Source: a virus (taxonomy: Duplodnaviria; Heunggongvirae; Uroviricota; Caudoviricetes). Taken from it: a DNA stretch of 40,519 bases. Under the pieces are notes generated by a model. It was not told the DNA's origin and searched no databases. It saw nothing but the letters and a program-made list of their open reading frames with translations. The position numbers were made by a program, and so were the translations under genes. The stretch lies in the IMG/VR virus record IMGVR_UViG_2529293139_000011, one strand, 5' to 3'. Every line of letters starts with the position of its first letter. Position 1 is the stretch's first letter. Positions 21,719 through 31,123 of this stretch are shown here, one piece after another.

Positions 21719-22155
21719 TTTCCGAATAGAGTGCTCATCGGTGATGTTTCAATCTGGATTGCGCCGCCGTCTTTGCCTGTTAGCTCGTGATCAACCTTGT
21801 CGCGCCATTTATCCTTCTGTCGGTTCTTAAGCCAGAAGATGGCAGCGGTTGTATCAGGCGGGTAATACTTCTCAAGCGGAGTTTCGACAATTCTGTTTTC
21901 AATAACACGAATATCGATGTCTGGAGCCACGAAGCCCATAGCTCGTTGATAAAGACGATCACTAACTTCTGCATCAGCGACGGCCTTACCCTTTTTTATG
22001 GACTCCGAAAACTCAGGATAATCAAGCTTCCACTTGTTAATAGTTGACTCACTGACTTCGAAGAAATCAGCAAGCTCTGCATCGGTGTAGCCCAGCAAGC
22101 ACAGTTTGCGTGCCTGTTCGGCATACGCCTCTTGATACTTTGTTGGGCGCGCCAT
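21715..22155 (-). CDS. Terminase small subunit
   Basis: 146-aa ORF with an N-terminal HTH-like segment (GYTDAELADFFEVSESTINKW) directly upstream of and overlapping the large subunit gene. Confidence 0.7.
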   Translation of the reverse strand: MARPTKYQEAYAEQARKLCLLGYTDAELADFFEVSESTINKWKLDYPEFSESIKKGKAVADAEVSDRLYQRAMGFVAPDIDIRVIENRIVETPLEKYYPPDTTAAIFWLKNRQKDKWRDKVDHELTGKDGGAIQIETSPMSTLFGK

Positions 22156-22157
22156 GT

Positions 22158-22400
22158 TTATGCTCCTGTGGTGAACAGGTCTAACGCTTCCTTCGATTTA
22201 CGTACCGCTTCGATTGTGCGGGTCGTGATATCTGAATTAGCGCCGCCTGACTGGAAGTGAATTTTGAATAGCTCAAGCTTCAGCTCGTCAGTGCCAATAA
22301 ATTGAAATGCTTCCTCTGCGGCTGCGTTCTGGTTCATGACCAGCTTGTAAATCTCTAACTGGAATTTCTGTTCTTCAGTCATGGGAATAATCTCTGCCAT
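22158..22400 (-). CDS. Hypothetical protein upstream of the terminase genes
   Basis: 80-aa ORF, helical and acidic; no recognised family. Confidence 0.4.
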   Translation of the reverse strand: MAEIIPMTEEQKFQLEIYKLVMNQNAAAEEAFQFIGTDELKLELFKIHFQSGGANSDITTRTIEAVRKSKEALDLFTTGA

Positions 22401-22703
22401 TGTTGGCTCCGTTTATCCGTTAAAAGGGATATCAGTTAAGTTATCCCGTGTAGGGTATAAGCCATTGTCGAGACCACTCATTGAATGGTCTCTGCAATAA
22501 CCGATGTCTTTCCATCAGTCCGCCACCACAAAGAATCTTTTTTGCCATAAGGCAGGAGGTTCATCTTTCAGTGGCTGCCAGTGTTATTTCCCCACTTACT
22601 GGCTTGGGTTGTATCGCTGTACTGCCGTTAATTAGTAACCAGAAATTAACTCCGGTTTCATTATCAAGCCAACCCGTAGATAGGCTTTGTAATGCCTACA
22701 TGG

Positions 22704-23183
22704 TTAAATGATTTGCCAGTCTTCAGCCATCAGGTCGCCAATGGATGGAACCCATGTAGCAAGGAGGTTCTGTGAGTTTTTCAATACAAGCGTGTCATTG
22801 AAAGTTGGCTCGCCAACATATTCGCCAAAGCCATAACCCAACGCAGACGCTAATTTTTCCCCTTTCACGAGATAAACAAACTGGTCTTTCCCATTCCATC
22901 CTGCCCGCTGCAAACTTTTGCCCTGTTTTAACGCTTCCATGGCAAGGCCGAAACTTAGTCCTGATACCGGACGATAAGCCTTTTCGAATACTTCTTTTGG
23001 ACTCCAGCTAACGTAGCCATCAAAGCGATCGGTGTTAGGTTTTCCGCCATCCAGATATTCAACCAGATAGCCTTCGTCCTCGCCGTTTTCTCCGGCAGGA
23101 AGCTGCCAGCCACGAAAATCGTTATATGCCTGTCTCGTCATCGGAAAGGCGTTAATCAGTTTTACGCCAATATGCTGGGTCAT
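22704..23183 (-). CDS. DUF2829-domain protein (C-terminal half resembles the family that includes Thoeris anti-defence Tad2) with an N-terminal extension
   Basis: 159-aa ORF; the C-terminal region EALKQGKSLQRAGWNGK...WVPSIGDLMAEDWQII matches the DUF2829 pattern as I recall it (K.G....R..W, W.PS..DL.AEDW); lies between the lysis cassette and terminase. Confidence 0.5.
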   Translation of the reverse strand: MTQHIGVKLINAFPMTRQAYNDFRGWQLPAGENGEDEGYLVEYLDGGKPNTDRFDGYVSWSPKEVFEKAYRPVSGLSFGLAMEALKQGKSLQRAGWNGKDQFVYLVKGEKLASALGYGFGEYVGEPTFNDTLVLKNSQNLLATWVPSIGDLMAEDWQII

Positions 23184-23204
23184 AAAATTACCTATAGAGT
23201 TGGG

Positions 23205-23227
23205 AATAAAAAGCCCCGCATCGCGAG
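23205..23227 (-). terminator. Putative intrinsic terminator after Rz (minus-strand GC stem followed by CTTTTTATT)
   Basis: Minus-strand sequence CCTCGCGATGCGGGGCTTTTTATT immediately after the Rz stop. Confidence 0.4.
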
Positions 23228-23261
23228 GATCATTAAATTGACTTTGTGATTTGCAAAAAAA

Positions 23262-23699
23262 TTATTTCAGGCATTGCGTCCTGATGTACTCCTGCAGGTA
23301 GTTAACCTGCGCGGTTATCTTGTCGATTCCACTTCGGAGACGGTAATAATTGAGTTCAGCATCTGCTGTAAGTCCTGGGCTTTCTCCATCGCCCATGCTG
23401 CTGGCTCTGGCCGTTGACTTTGCACAGGTGGCGGCGACTTGCAGGCGCTTACGACCAGCAGAAACATCAGCACGGAGACTTTCGATAGTCGCGTTAGCAT
23501 CAGCAAGCTCCTTTGTATATCTGGCATCGAGTTCTGCTACATCACGTTGACGCTTCTGCATATCAGCGATGATGGATGTGGCCTTATCGCGCTGGTCTTT
23601 GTAGGCGATGGCGTTATCACGGTAATGATTAACAGCCCATGACAGGCAGACGATGATGCAGATAACCAGAGCGGAGATAATCGCGGTTACTCTGCTCAT
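23262..23699 (-). CDS. Rz: Inner-membrane spanin Rz
   Basis: 145-aa ORF with an N-terminal TM segment and coiled coil, immediately after the endolysin gene. Confidence 0.8.
   Translation of the reverse strand: MSRVTAIISALVICIIVCLSWAVNHYRDNAIAYKDQRDKATSIIADMQKRQRDVAELDARYTKELADANATIESLRADVSAGRKRLQVAATCAKSTARASSMGDGESPGLTADAELNYYRLRSGIDKITAQVNYLQEYIRTQCLK
23315..23500 (-). CDS. Rz1: Outer-membrane lipoprotein spanin Rz1, embedded in Rz in the +1 frame
   Basis: ORF 23315-23527; start placed at the internal ATG giving [25 protein letters not shown]...; lipobox VVSAC and Pro-rich tail. Confidence 0.65.
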   Translation of the reverse strand: MLTRLSKVSVLMFLLVVSACKSPPPVQSQRPEPAAWAMEKAQDLQQMLNSIITVSEVESTR

Positions 23700-24172
23700 A
23701 CCTCAATCTCTCTGACTGTTCCGCCAGCTTCTTTGAATTTTGTAATCAGGCTGTCAGCCTTATGCTCGAACTGGCCATAACCAGCCCCGGGCAACGAAGC
23801 CCAGATATTGCTGCAACGGTCGATTGCCTGACGGATATCACCGCGATCAATCATCGGCAAAGCGCCACGCTCTTTAATCTGTTGCAATGCCACAGCGTCC
23901 TGGCTTTTCGGAGAGAAGTCTTTCAGGCCAAGCTGCTTACGGTATGCATCCCACCAACGTGAAAGAAGCTGGTAACGTCCGGCTGCTGTTGATTTGAGTT
24001 TGGGGTTTAGCGTGACAAGTTTGCGAGGGTGATCGGAGTAATCAGTGAATAGCTCTCCGCCAACAATGACGTCATAACCATGATTTCTGGTTTTCTGCCG
24101 TCCGTTATCAGTTCCCTCTGACCACGCCAGCATATCGAGGAACGCCTTACGTTGATTATTGATTTCCACCAT
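23696..24172 (-). CDS. R: Endolysin R (lambda-type lytic transglycosylase)
   Basis: 158-aa [42 protein letters not shown]... recognised as near-identical to lambda R. Confidence 0.9.
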   Translation of the reverse strand: MVEINNQRKAFLDMLAWSEGTDNGRQKTRNHGYDVIVGGELFTDYSDHPRKLVTLNPKLKSTAAGRYQLLSRWWDAYRKQLGLKDFSPKSQDAVALQQIKERGALPMIDRGDIRQAIDRCSNIWASLPGAGYGQFEHKADSLITKFKEAGGTVREIEV

Positions 24173-24479
24173 CTTCTACTCCGGCTTTTTTAGCAGCGAA
24201 GCGTTTGATAAGCGAACCAATCGAGTCAGTACCGATGTAGCCGATGAACACGCTCGTTATATAAGCGAGATTGCTACTTAGTCCGGCGAAGTCGAGAAGG
24301 TCACGAATGAACCAGGCGATAATGGCGCACATCGTTGCGTCGATTACTGTTTTTGTAAACGCACCGCCATTATATCTGCCGCGAAGGTACGCCATTGCAA
24401 ACGCAAGAATTGCCCCGATGCCTTGTTCCTTTGCCGCGAGAATGGCGGCTAACAGGTCATGTTTTTCTGGCATCTTCAT
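24156..24479 (-). CDS. S: Holin S (lambda S107/S105 type)
   Basis: 107-aa [37 protein letters not shown]... recognised as near-identical to lambda S, with the dual-start MKM motif. Confidence 0.9.
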   Translation of the reverse strand: MKMPEKHDLLAAILAAKEQGIGAILAFAMAYLRGRYNGGAFTKTVIDATMCAIIAWFIRDLLDFAGLSSNLAYITSVFIGYIGTDSIGSLIKRFAAKKAGVEDGGNQ

Positions 24480-24599
24480 GTCTTACCCCCAATAAGGGGA
24501 TTTGCTCTATTTAATTAGGAATAAGGTCGATTACTGATAGAACAAATCCAGGCTACTGTGTTTAGTAATCAGATTTGTTCGTGACCGATATGCACGGGC

Positions 24600-24640
24600 A
24601 AAACGGCAGGAGGTTGTTAGCGCAGCCTCTTGCCACCCGC
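24600..24640 (-). terminator. tR'-like terminator (minus-strand GGCAAGAGGCTGCGCTAACAACCTCCTGCCGTTTTGCC)
   Basis: Hairpin plus U-tract matching my recollection of the lambda tR' / 6S RNA 3' end, upstream of S. Confidence 0.55.
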
Positions 24641-24774
24641 TTTCACGAAGCCAGCCATTGCGCTGGTTTTCTTTTATGCAAAGCACACCGCACCGTAGCC
24701 ACAGCGGATAAGGTGATTATTTTTGTCTGTCTGGTATTTGGCTTGATGTGCTTTCAGAAAGGCCGTGCTTAAAA

Positions 24775-24808
24775 CGCAAAAAGCCCCGAGCTATTAACTC
24801 AGGGCTTT
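24775..24808 (-). terminator. Promoter-proximal hairpin with U-tract downstream of pR' (minus-strand AGCCCTGAGTTAATAGCTCGGGGCTTTTTGCGTTTT)
   Basis: 8-bp stem with one G-U pair, 7-nt loop, then TTTTTGCGTTTT, ~30-60 nt downstream of the predicted pR' start. Confidence 0.5.
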
Positions 24809-24841
24809 ATTTAACGAGTGCATTTATCCATCGTTGAGTCA

Positions 24842-24870
24842 AATTTACCCAACTTTATTCAAAAAGTCAA
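24842..24870 (-). promoter_or_regulatory. Late promoter pR' (-35 TTGACT at 24865-24870, -10 TAAATT at 24842-24847) with the Q engagement (qut) region
   Basis: Minus-strand TTGACTTTTTGAATAAAGTTGGGTAAATTTGACTC closely matches lambda pR' as I recall it; located between Q and S. Confidence 0.75.
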
Positions 24871-24912
24871 TATTATGCCGTTAATATGTTGCCATCCGTG
24901 GCAATCATGCTG

Positions 24913-25536
24913 CTAACGTGTGACCGCGTTCAAAATGTTGTCTGCGATTGACTCTTCCTTGTGGCATTGCGCCACCAGAGCGTCATACAGCGGCTTAACA
25001 GTGCGTGACCAGGTGGGTTGGGTAAGGTTTGGGATTAGCATCGTCACAGCGCGATATGCTGCACTTGCTGGCATTCTTGAATAGCCGACACCTTTGCATC
25101 TTCCGCATTCTTTCTCAACAACTCTCCCCCACAGCTCTGTTTTGGCAATATCAACCGCACGGCCTGTACCGTGGCAATCTCTGCATCTTGCGCCCGGCGT
25201 CGCGGCACTACGGCAATAATCCGCATAAGCGAATGTTGCGAGCACTTGCAGTACCTTTGCCTTAGTATTTCCTTCGAGCTTTGCCACACCACGGTATTTC
25301 CCCGATACCTTGTGTGCAAATTGCATCAGATAGTTGATAGCCTTTTGTTTGTCGTTCTGGCTGAGTTCATGCTTACCGCAGAATGCAGCCATTCCGAATC
25401 CGGCTTGTGATTGCGCCATCCCCATAGCAGCCATCACATCAGTACCGGAAAGAGAGTCAGAAGCCGTGGCCCGTGGTGAGTCGCTCATCATCGGGCTTTT
25501 TGGCGAATGAAATTTAGCTACGCTTTCGAGTCTCAT
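24913..25536 (-). CDS. Q: Late gene antiterminator Q (lambda type)
   Basis: 207-aa [34 protein letters not shown]... with a Cys-rich zinc-binding region; recognised as lambda Q-like. Confidence 0.85.
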   Translation of the reverse strand: MRLESVAKFHSPKSPMMSDSPRATASDSLSGTDVMAAMGMAQSQAGFGMAAFCGKHELSQNDKQKAINYLMQFAHKVSGKYRGVAKLEGNTKAKVLQVLATFAYADYCRSAATPGARCRDCHGTGRAVDIAKTELWGRVVEKECGRCKGVGYSRMPASAAYRAVTMLIPNLTQPTWSRTVKPLYDALVAQCHKEESIADNILNAVTR

Positions 25537-26198
25537 GCGCCTTCTCCCTGTACCTGAATCAATGTGAGGTTTCCGCAGAACACTGCGCCGGTATCGATAT
25601 ACATCTGGTTGGCAAACTTGAGTGGTTTCACTGCTGGCGTATGACCAAAGATGAACGTGTCCGCGCCTTTGATTTCTTTCACGATCCCGTCTTGTGAGTT
25701 GCTGATTCGTTCGCGGTTCCAGATTACCTGCTGATGATCAACTGGCTTTCCAAACTCGTATTCGTCACAAGGATAATCGGCGTGGCAGATGACATATTTT
25801 TTATCTTTGCTCACCAGTTCGATGATTAACGGAAGTTCATCTGCTTTATGGGCAAGAGCTTTAGCCAGAATTTCTTTGTCGTAATCGAGATTAAAGAACC
25901 AGCCACCGCCATTAAGCATCCAGTGATTGACGTTTCCGCGCTCTGATAAGCCATCAATCATCATTTGCTCATGGTTTCCACGTACAGCTCTGAACCAGGG
26001 GAATGTGATTAATTCCAGGCATTCGACGTTCTCTGTACCGCGATCGACCAAATCGCCAACCGAGATAAGCAGGTCTTTTTTGGTGTCGAATCCTATCGTC
26101 TCCAGTTTTTTCATCAGGTTCGTGTAGCATCCGTGCAGATCGCCAACTACCCAAATATTTCGGTATTTGCTGCCATCAATTTTTTCGTAATAGCGCAT
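25533..26198 (-). CDS. Ser/Thr protein phosphatase (lambda PPase / NinI-like)
   Basis: ORF 25533-26273; start placed at the ATG at 26198 ([25 protein letters not shown]...) after GGAG; metallophosphatase motifs GDLHG, GDLVDRG, GNHE. Confidence 0.85.
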   Translation of the reverse strand: MRYYEKIDGSKYRNIWVVGDLHGCYTNLMKKLETIGFDTKKDLLISVGDLVDRGTENVECLELITFPWFRAVRGNHEQMMIDGLSERGNVNHWMLNGGGWFFNLDYDKEILAKALAHKADELPLIIELVSKDKKYVICHADYPCDEYEFGKPVDHQQVIWNRERISNSQDGIVKEIKGADTFIFGHTPAVKPLKFANQMYIDTGAVFCGNLTLIQVQGEGA

Positions 26199-26382
26199 CT
26201 CTTTCACTCCATCCGCGATGAACCATGAGAACGTCGTTGACGATGGCGTGCATTTTCCCGTCTTTATCATCAACGTATTTTCTGACCGTACCGCGACTAC
26301 ATTTCAGTCTGCGTGCTACTTCTGTCTGGTTTCCGTATGCTTCAACAAGCAGGTCTGGAATGGTTTTTACTGAGAACGTCAT
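26176..26382 (-). CDS. ninH: NinH
   Basis: 68-aa [40 protein letters not shown]... recognised as lambda NinH. Confidence 0.8.
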   Translation of the reverse strand: MTFSVKTIPDLLVEAYGNQTEVARRLKCSRGTVRKYVDDKDGKMHAIVNDVLMVHRGWSERDALLRKN

Positions 26383-26990
26383 GCGGCCTCACTTCTGCTA
26401 TTTCGCAGGTCTTTGAGTTTCTGTTGGTACTCTGCCTTGATCGCCTTGCACTCTTCGATAGTCCAGCGATGGCGGTTATGGTTTGATTCGATTTCGTCTA
26501 CTGCTTCCTGCCCGATTCGGTTAATCAGTTCGACGCGATACGGAACGAGATTTCCGCTTTTGTGCTGGTTGCACACCACGCATTGCTTGTGAATATTGCG
26601 TTCATCAAATCGGAGTTGAGGTGCCGCAGCAGTTGTCCGGTAATGTCCGGCATCCCACTGAGCAGACGTGAGCGTTCCGCACGAGATACATGGTAAGTCG
26701 CGGTCTCTTTCTCTGATGAAGGCGTTTACAGCTTGTTGGGCTTGTTTAATCCAGTAACTGCGGGGCTTTAAGGCGAGTTTTCGAATCTTAAGTTTATCTT
26801 TCTGTTTCTGCTCCTCTCGTCGTCGTTTCTTCTCTGCTGCTTTTTCCGCTTTTTCGCGTTCTTTACTTCGTCGTTCGAGTGCTATCTTGGTTCCACACTC
26901 TGGAGAGCACCACCACTGATTAGCGAATGCAGGGTGAAACCATTCCCGGCATTCATCGTTTTTACATCGTCTTCGCGCTGGTTTAGCCAT
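26379..26990 (-). CDS. ninG: NinG (Rap-like Holliday junction endonuclease)
   Basis: 203-aa ORF with a Cys-rich N-terminus and a Lys/Glu/Arg-rich segment, in lambda nin order. Confidence 0.8.
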   Translation of the reverse strand: MAKPARRRCKNDECREWFHPAFANQWWCSPECGTKIALERRSKEREKAEKAAEKKRRREEQKQKDKLKIRKLALKPRSYWIKQAQQAVNAFIRERDRDLPCISCGTLTSAQWDAGHYRTTAAAPQLRFDERNIHKQCVVCNQHKSGNLVPYRVELINRIGQEAVDEIESNHNRHRWTIEECKAIKAEYQQKLKDLRNSRSEAA

Positions 26991-27159
26991 CGTCTTCTTC
27001 CTCGTACATTGAGCTATTCGGATCGCTCATCAGTTCTGCGCAGCAGTGCTCACACACGTGAACTTCCAGCACATGCAGCTTCTGACCGCAGTTAGCGCAC
27101 GTTAATGCCCGCTCGACGCTTTCTTTCTGGTATTGAAGGGATTGGGATGGGCTAAGCAT
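26983..27159 (-). CDS. ninF: NinF
   Basis: 58-aa ORF (below the ORF-track size cut-off) [58 protein letters not shown]; its stop overlaps the ninG start. Confidence 0.65.
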   Translation of the reverse strand: MLSPSQSLQYQKESVERALTCANCGQKLHVLEVHVCEHCCAELMSDPNSSMYEEEDDG

Positions 27160-27514
27160 TATTGGCGTCCTGAATCATGAGAAAGACAATCATGGCGGCA
27201 CGGAGTGGATTGTCATATGCGACACCAACATTCGGTCCGGCATCATCAAACAAGTCCCTTGCGTTGTCTGTAGCGCACGGCATTGAGGGATTGTCTAAAA
27301 TTATGCTGATGTTGTTTTCAGTGATAATCGGCCATGCGTCTGATGGTCTTTTACAGTAATCAACCGTTTTTATTGCATAACCAGTTTCGTCATCCCACTC
27401 AACACCAACGATTGATGTTCCCAACTTTGCGATTTCGCAATCTTCGGGAGCAAATCCACAGCAAATTGCCACTCGCTTGTTAATTTCAAAATCACTTAAC
27501 TGTGAATAATCCAT
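27152..27514 (-). CDS. NinX-position protein (function unknown)
   Basis: ORF 27152-27556; start placed at the internal ATG 27514 (MDYSQLSDFEINKRVA...), directly after the ninE stop; sits between ninE and ninF. Confidence 0.5.
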   Translation of the reverse strand: MDYSQLSDFEINKRVAICCGFAPEDCEIAKLGTSIVGVEWDDETGYAIKTVDYCKRPSDAWPIITENNISIILDNPSMPCATDNARDLFDDAGPNVGVAYDNPLRAAMIVFLMIQDANNA

Positions 27515-27516
27515 TG

Positions 27517-27693
27517 TCATTTCCTCGCACGATGTCTTAGCCACCGGATATCCCACAGGTGAGCCGTGTAGTTGAAGGTTTTTACGTCAGATTCTTTTGG
27601 GATTGGCTTGGGTTTATTTCTGGTGCGTTTCGTTGGAAGGTATTTGCAGTTTTCGCAGATGATGTCGGTGAAACTTCGTCGCTGTCGCCTCAT
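27517..27693 (-). CDS. ninE: NinE
   Basis: ORF 27517-27783; start placed at the internal ATG giving [58 protein letters not shown], recognised as lambda NinE-like. Confidence 0.7.
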   Translation of the reverse strand: MRRQRRSFTDIICENCKYLPTKRTRNKPKPIPKESDVKTFNYTAHLWDIRWLRHRARK

Positions 27694-28217
27694 GCCGCCC
27701 TCCTGACGCCCTGCCCGATCGCCATCAATGCCGCTTTGGATACGGTAGTAAACATCCGTCGAGGACTGATGAACGGTCGCCAAATCAGCAGCATGGAGCC
27801 TTTGCTGTTTCCCTTCTTCTCCAACCCTGTCGATGGTTCGATAAAATTAATCCGTCCATCAGTGATAATGCGAACTTCGTCGACACTCTCCAGAGCCTTG
27901 CTGAACCATCCGACTGACATATCCTCTGGCACAAGCATAACTACCGTCTGTCGCTGTTGTATGCACTGCTCAGCGGCTTTTTCCACCCACGGCCTGATAT
28001 TGCTGTACGGTGGGTTATTCCAGATTGCACCGTGGCTTACCCACTCAGAATTGAGCGCGTCGTCGGCCTCAGTTAGCCAGTGAGCACACAGAGCATTTTT
28101 GTCGCTCGCTGCCGAATCCAGCCAGAATCCAAACTCAATATCCAGTGCATCAAAAAGCCAAAGCGGCGTTTGCCAGCAGTCCTTGTCGTGTGCTGGCGTA
28201 TTTGATTTGATAGTCAT
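27690..28217 (-). CDS. DNA N6-adenine methyltransferase (phage Dam-like orphan methyltransferase)
   Basis: ORF 27690-28277; start placed at ATG 28217 ([22 protein letters not shown]...), directly after the ninB stop; contains the NPPY catalytic motif (IWNNPPYSN). Confidence 0.75.
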   Translation of the reverse strand: MTIKSNTPAHDKDCWQTPLWLFDALDIEFGFWLDSAASDKNALCAHWLTEADDALNSEWVSHGAIWNNPPYSNIRPWVEKAAEQCIQQRQTVVMLVPEDMSVGWFSKALESVDEVRIITDGRINFIEPSTGLEKKGNSKGSMLLIWRPFISPRRMFTTVSKAALMAIGQGVRRAA

Positions 28218-28654
28218 GCAGCCCGATCTCCCCATCTCGCTTTCCACTCCAGAGCCAGTCTCGCTTCGTCTGACCACTTAACGCCACGCTCTGTACCGAA
28301 TGCCTGTATAAGCTCTAATAGCTCCGCAAATTCGCCTACACGCATCCTGCTGGTTGACTGGCCTATTACCACAAAGCCATTCCCGGCAAGGTTAGGAACA
28401 ACATCCTGCTGCTTTAATGCTGCGGTAAACACACACTTCCAGCTTTCTGCATCCAGCCAGCGACCATGCCATTCAACCTGACGCGAAACGTCACCAAGGC
28501 AAGCCCAAAGCTTTCGATTCTGGTCTAAGCTGCGGTTGCGTTCCTGAATGGTTACTACGATTGGTTTGGTTGGGTCTGGAAGAATTTGCTGTACCGCGTG
28601 AATAGCGTTTTGCTGATGTACTGGGGATCGAATTTCAAAGGTTAGTTTTTTCAT
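28214..28654 (-). CDS. ninB: NinB (Orf family recombination mediator)
   Basis: 146-aa ORF MKKLTFEIRSPVHQQNAIHAVQQILPDPTKPIVVTIQERNRSLDQNRKLWA... recognised as lambda NinB. Confidence 0.85.
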   Translation of the reverse strand: MKKLTFEIRSPVHQQNAIHAVQQILPDPTKPIVVTIQERNRSLDQNRKLWACLGDVSRQVEWHGRWLDAESWKCVFTAALKQQDVVPNLAGNGFVVIGQSTSRMRVGEFAELLELIQAFGTERGVKWSDEARLALEWKARWGDRAA

Positions 28655-28847
28655 GACTTCCCTCTCTAACAGATTTCAGGTTATTCCACTCCGTTACCGC
28701 ACTGCGATAATTCGCGGCCGCCACAGCAGCGTGGTTAGCGCAGTAGATCTGGCACCCGTTCTCCATGTCGAATATTGTCGGTGATTTTCCGCATTTACAT
28801 TTCTTGGCACGCGGTGCGTCTGAACACATTCCGTTAACGGTGTCCAT
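28635..28847 (-). CDS. Small Cys-rich hypothetical protein upstream of ninB
   Basis: 70-aa ORF preceded by GAGGGGA; four Cys (CKCGK...CQIYCANH) suggest a zinc ribbon. Confidence 0.4.
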   Translation of the reverse strand: MDTVNGMCSDAPRAKKCKCGKSPTIFDMENGCQIYCANHAAVAAANYRSAVTEWNNLKSVREGSHEKTNL

Positions 28848-28871
28848 CAGGATTCCCCTCGTTCTTAATCC

Positions 28872-28902
28872 AATAAAAAAGGGCTACTGTGTAAATAGCC
28901 CC
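28872..28902 (-). terminator. tR2-like intrinsic terminator between the replication genes and the nin region
   Basis: Minus-strand AGGGGCTATTTACACAGTAGCCCTTTTTTATTGG: 6-7 bp GC stem plus T-run directly after the helicase stop. Confidence 0.65.
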
Positions 28903-28928
28903 TGTTATTAGCTCAGTGATGTAGATGG

Positions 28929-30305
28929 TCATACGTCAGCCCCTTGTGCATATCGTCTGCCACGCGCAGCAGGTGCATTTGATGCTGTGCAAATCTGTCT
29001 GGCTTCATCCTGGTCACATGCAACAAAGTGTCCGTTACAGAACCGCTGGTAAACCGTACCAAGCGAGCCAAAACGGTTTTTCGTCACGATGATTTCAGCA
29101 AATGGCGCGGCGCTACTGCTCTCGTCATATACCGCTTCCCGATAGAGCATGATGATTGAGTCTGCGTCCTGTTCAATGCTTCCTGAATCACGCAAATCTG
29201 CGTTTGTCGGGCGTTTGTTTGGTCGCTTCTCAACATCGCGTGAAAGCTGACTCAGGGAAATAACCGGTGTTTTCAGGTCTTTCGCCATCGCCTTCAGGCT
29301 TCCGGAGATGTGAGCAATTGCGAGGTCGTTGCGGTCTGCTTTCGGCTTCTCAATCAGGCCAAGATAATCCGCCATGATGAGTGACAGGTTTGGATTTTCC
29401 TGTTTGTGCCGTTCTGCGATTGAGCGTATTTCTTCGACCGATAACCGCGAGGCATCGACTACCCATACATCCAAATCTGCAAGCTGACTCATGCCGTTAG
29501 CAACGCGCGCCCAGCCTTCGTCATCCATCGATGCAGGATTTCGCAGCACGCTAACCGACATCCTCCCGGCGTTGGCAATACTTCGCTCTGCAATCTGCAA
29601 TGCGCTCATTTCCATCGAGAAAATCAACACTCCGCGCCGGACGTCAGAACCAGGAATAACGCGGCTTGCAACACCTTCGGCAATCTTCAGCGCCAGTTCG
29701 GTTTTACCCATACCAGGACGAGCGGCGATAATCACCAGGTCTTCTGCGTTCATCCCTCCGGTGATGGCGTCAAGTTCGTCGATTCCGGTCTTCAGGGTAT
29801 CTGACTCTTCTCCGTTCCTCAGACGCCTGTCAAGCATGTCAGTGTAGTCGGTGATGATTTCCCCTAACCGTACAGGTTTAACCTCGTCACGGGGCTTTCT
29901 GATGGCTGAAAGACGCTTTACAAGTTCATCCATCGCCTGACTCGATGCGTCGATGGTTCCGCTTTGGATTGGTTCACGCATTTCATCCATGATTTCCAGC
30001 ACCAGACGGCGGTGATAGTTATCCGCGACCATTCCGGCATATCCCTTCAGGTTTGCGGCACTCGGGCAGTTTTTGCTGGTCATCAGGATTGACGTGAAAT
30101 GCCCCTCTCCGCATTCCTCAGCAACCATCAGCGCGTCGATTAGGTTTCTGTTTCTCGCCTGCTTGCGGATAACCTCGAAGGCTTTCCTGTAGAGCGGAAT
30201 TGAAAACGCTTCCGGCTCCAGCGTTGCCAGAACGTCGCTGGCGGTTGGTGTTAATCCACCAATCAGCAGTCCACCAATAACGCTCGCTTCGATATCCTGT
30301 TTCAT
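28929..30305 (-). CDS. Replicative DNA helicase (DnaB family; P22 gene 12-like)
   Basis: 458-aa ORF with Walker A ([13 protein letters not shown]) and DnaB-type C-terminal motifs; follows the O-like gene. Confidence 0.85.
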   Translation of the reverse strand: MKQDIEASVIGGLLIGGLTPTASDVLATLEPEAFSIPLYRKAFEVIRKQARNRNLIDALMVAEECGEGHFTSILMTSKNCPSAANLKGYAGMVADNYHRRLVLEIMDEMREPIQSGTIDASSQAMDELVKRLSAIRKPRDEVKPVRLGEIITDYTDMLDRRLRNGEESDTLKTGIDELDAITGGMNAEDLVIIAARPGMGKTELALKIAEGVASRVIPGSDVRRGVLIFSMEMSALQIAERSIANAGRMSVSVLRNPASMDDEGWARVANGMSQLADLDVWVVDASRLSVEEIRSIAERHKQENPNLSLIMADYLGLIEKPKADRNDLAIAHISGSLKAMAKDLKTPVISLSQLSRDVEKRPNKRPTNADLRDSGSIEQDADSIIMLYREAVYDESSSAAPFAEIIVTKNRFGSLGTVYQRFCNGHFVACDQDEARQICTASNAPAARGRRYAQGADV

Positions 30306-31123
30306 GCAATCCCCCTGTCTGCAAACTTCCCTTCACGTACTCCCGTTAACGAATCTTCCCTCAGCAGGTAATCAAAATCTGCCGTCCAGCCCGTGTCGTT
30401 GTCTCCGAAGTAAAACGGCTTGGCCTGATGCACAAACGCCCTGACATACGCTCTGAAACCGTCCACGTTTGGCGTTTTCAGTTGCGGGATGATTTTCTTC
30501 AGGCGACGTTTGCGTTTCTCGTTGACCGCAACAGCGTGCGGCAGTCTGTCACCGACTTCGGTGTTGTAGGCGTTCAGGAAGGATTCGTAGTCGATGCGTT
30601 CTGCCTTGCGACGTCCAGGTTTAACCTGCCCATCGCCGCCCCCGTTAGGGGGTAAGGGGGTATTTGTATTTATTGTCTTTTGTATATTGTCTTTTGTGTT
30701 TAGCTGACTTGGCTTATACCCATTAGCCGACTTGGCTAATGTTTTATTAGCTGTTTTAGCTAATGTTAAGCTGTCCTGGCTAATCCACTGAGAAACCACC
30801 TTGTTCACTCCGATTTTCACGCCATCAGCAATGAGGAATTTACGCTCAATAAGCTGGCGCTTGGCAGCGCAAACATGAGTGTGATGAATACCTGTCATGG
30901 CTGCTATCTGCGTGTTTGTGAGTCGATCCATCGGCTTATTGAATCCGTATGTCTTGCGCATGATAGCGAGCATCACCTTCAACTGCCGGACAGTTAAATC
31001 AGCCATCAGCAGACTGTCGGTAATCTCGTTAGCAACGCGCATGAAACCATCTTCGGTATCTGCCACGCGATGCTCCACGACCTCCAGTTGAGGCCTGTAA
31101 TCAGCTAACTTAACGACGCCCAT
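30302..31123 (-). CDS. Replication initiation protein (lambda O / P22 gene 18-like)
   Basis: 273-aa ORF with an N-terminal DNA-binding domain; gene contains internal iterons and an AT-rich tract, as lambda O contains ori. Confidence 0.75.
   Translation of the reverse strand: MGVVKLADYRPQLEVVEHRVADTEDGFMRVANEITDSLLMADLTVRQLKVMLAIMRKTYGFNKPMDRLTNTQIAAMTGIHHTHVCAAKRQLIERKFLIADGVKIGVNKVVSQWISQDSLTLAKTANKTLAKSANGYKPSQLNTKDNIQKTINTNTPLPPNGGGDGQVKPGRRKAERIDYESFLNAYNTEVGDRLPHAVAVNEKRKRRLKKIIPQLKTPNVDGFRAYVRAFVHQAKPFYFGDNDTGWTADFDYLLREDSLTGVREGKFADRGIA
30659..30787. repeat. Putative origin of replication inside the O-like gene: four iterons (approx. AGCTGNNTTGGCTAAT) at 30701-30787 plus an AT-rich tract at 30659-30700
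   Basis: tagctgacttggcttatacc / ttagccgacttggctaatg / ttagctgttttagctaatg / ttaagctgtcctggctaatcc next to tatttgtatttattgtcttttgtatattgtcttttgtg. Confidence 0.6.

Noticed and set aside
22481-22711. Plus-strand 76-aa ORF in the intergenic gap upstream of the terminase operon
   Set aside because: No RBS, wrong strand relative to the operon, and a proline/serine-rich composition that does not look like a real protein.
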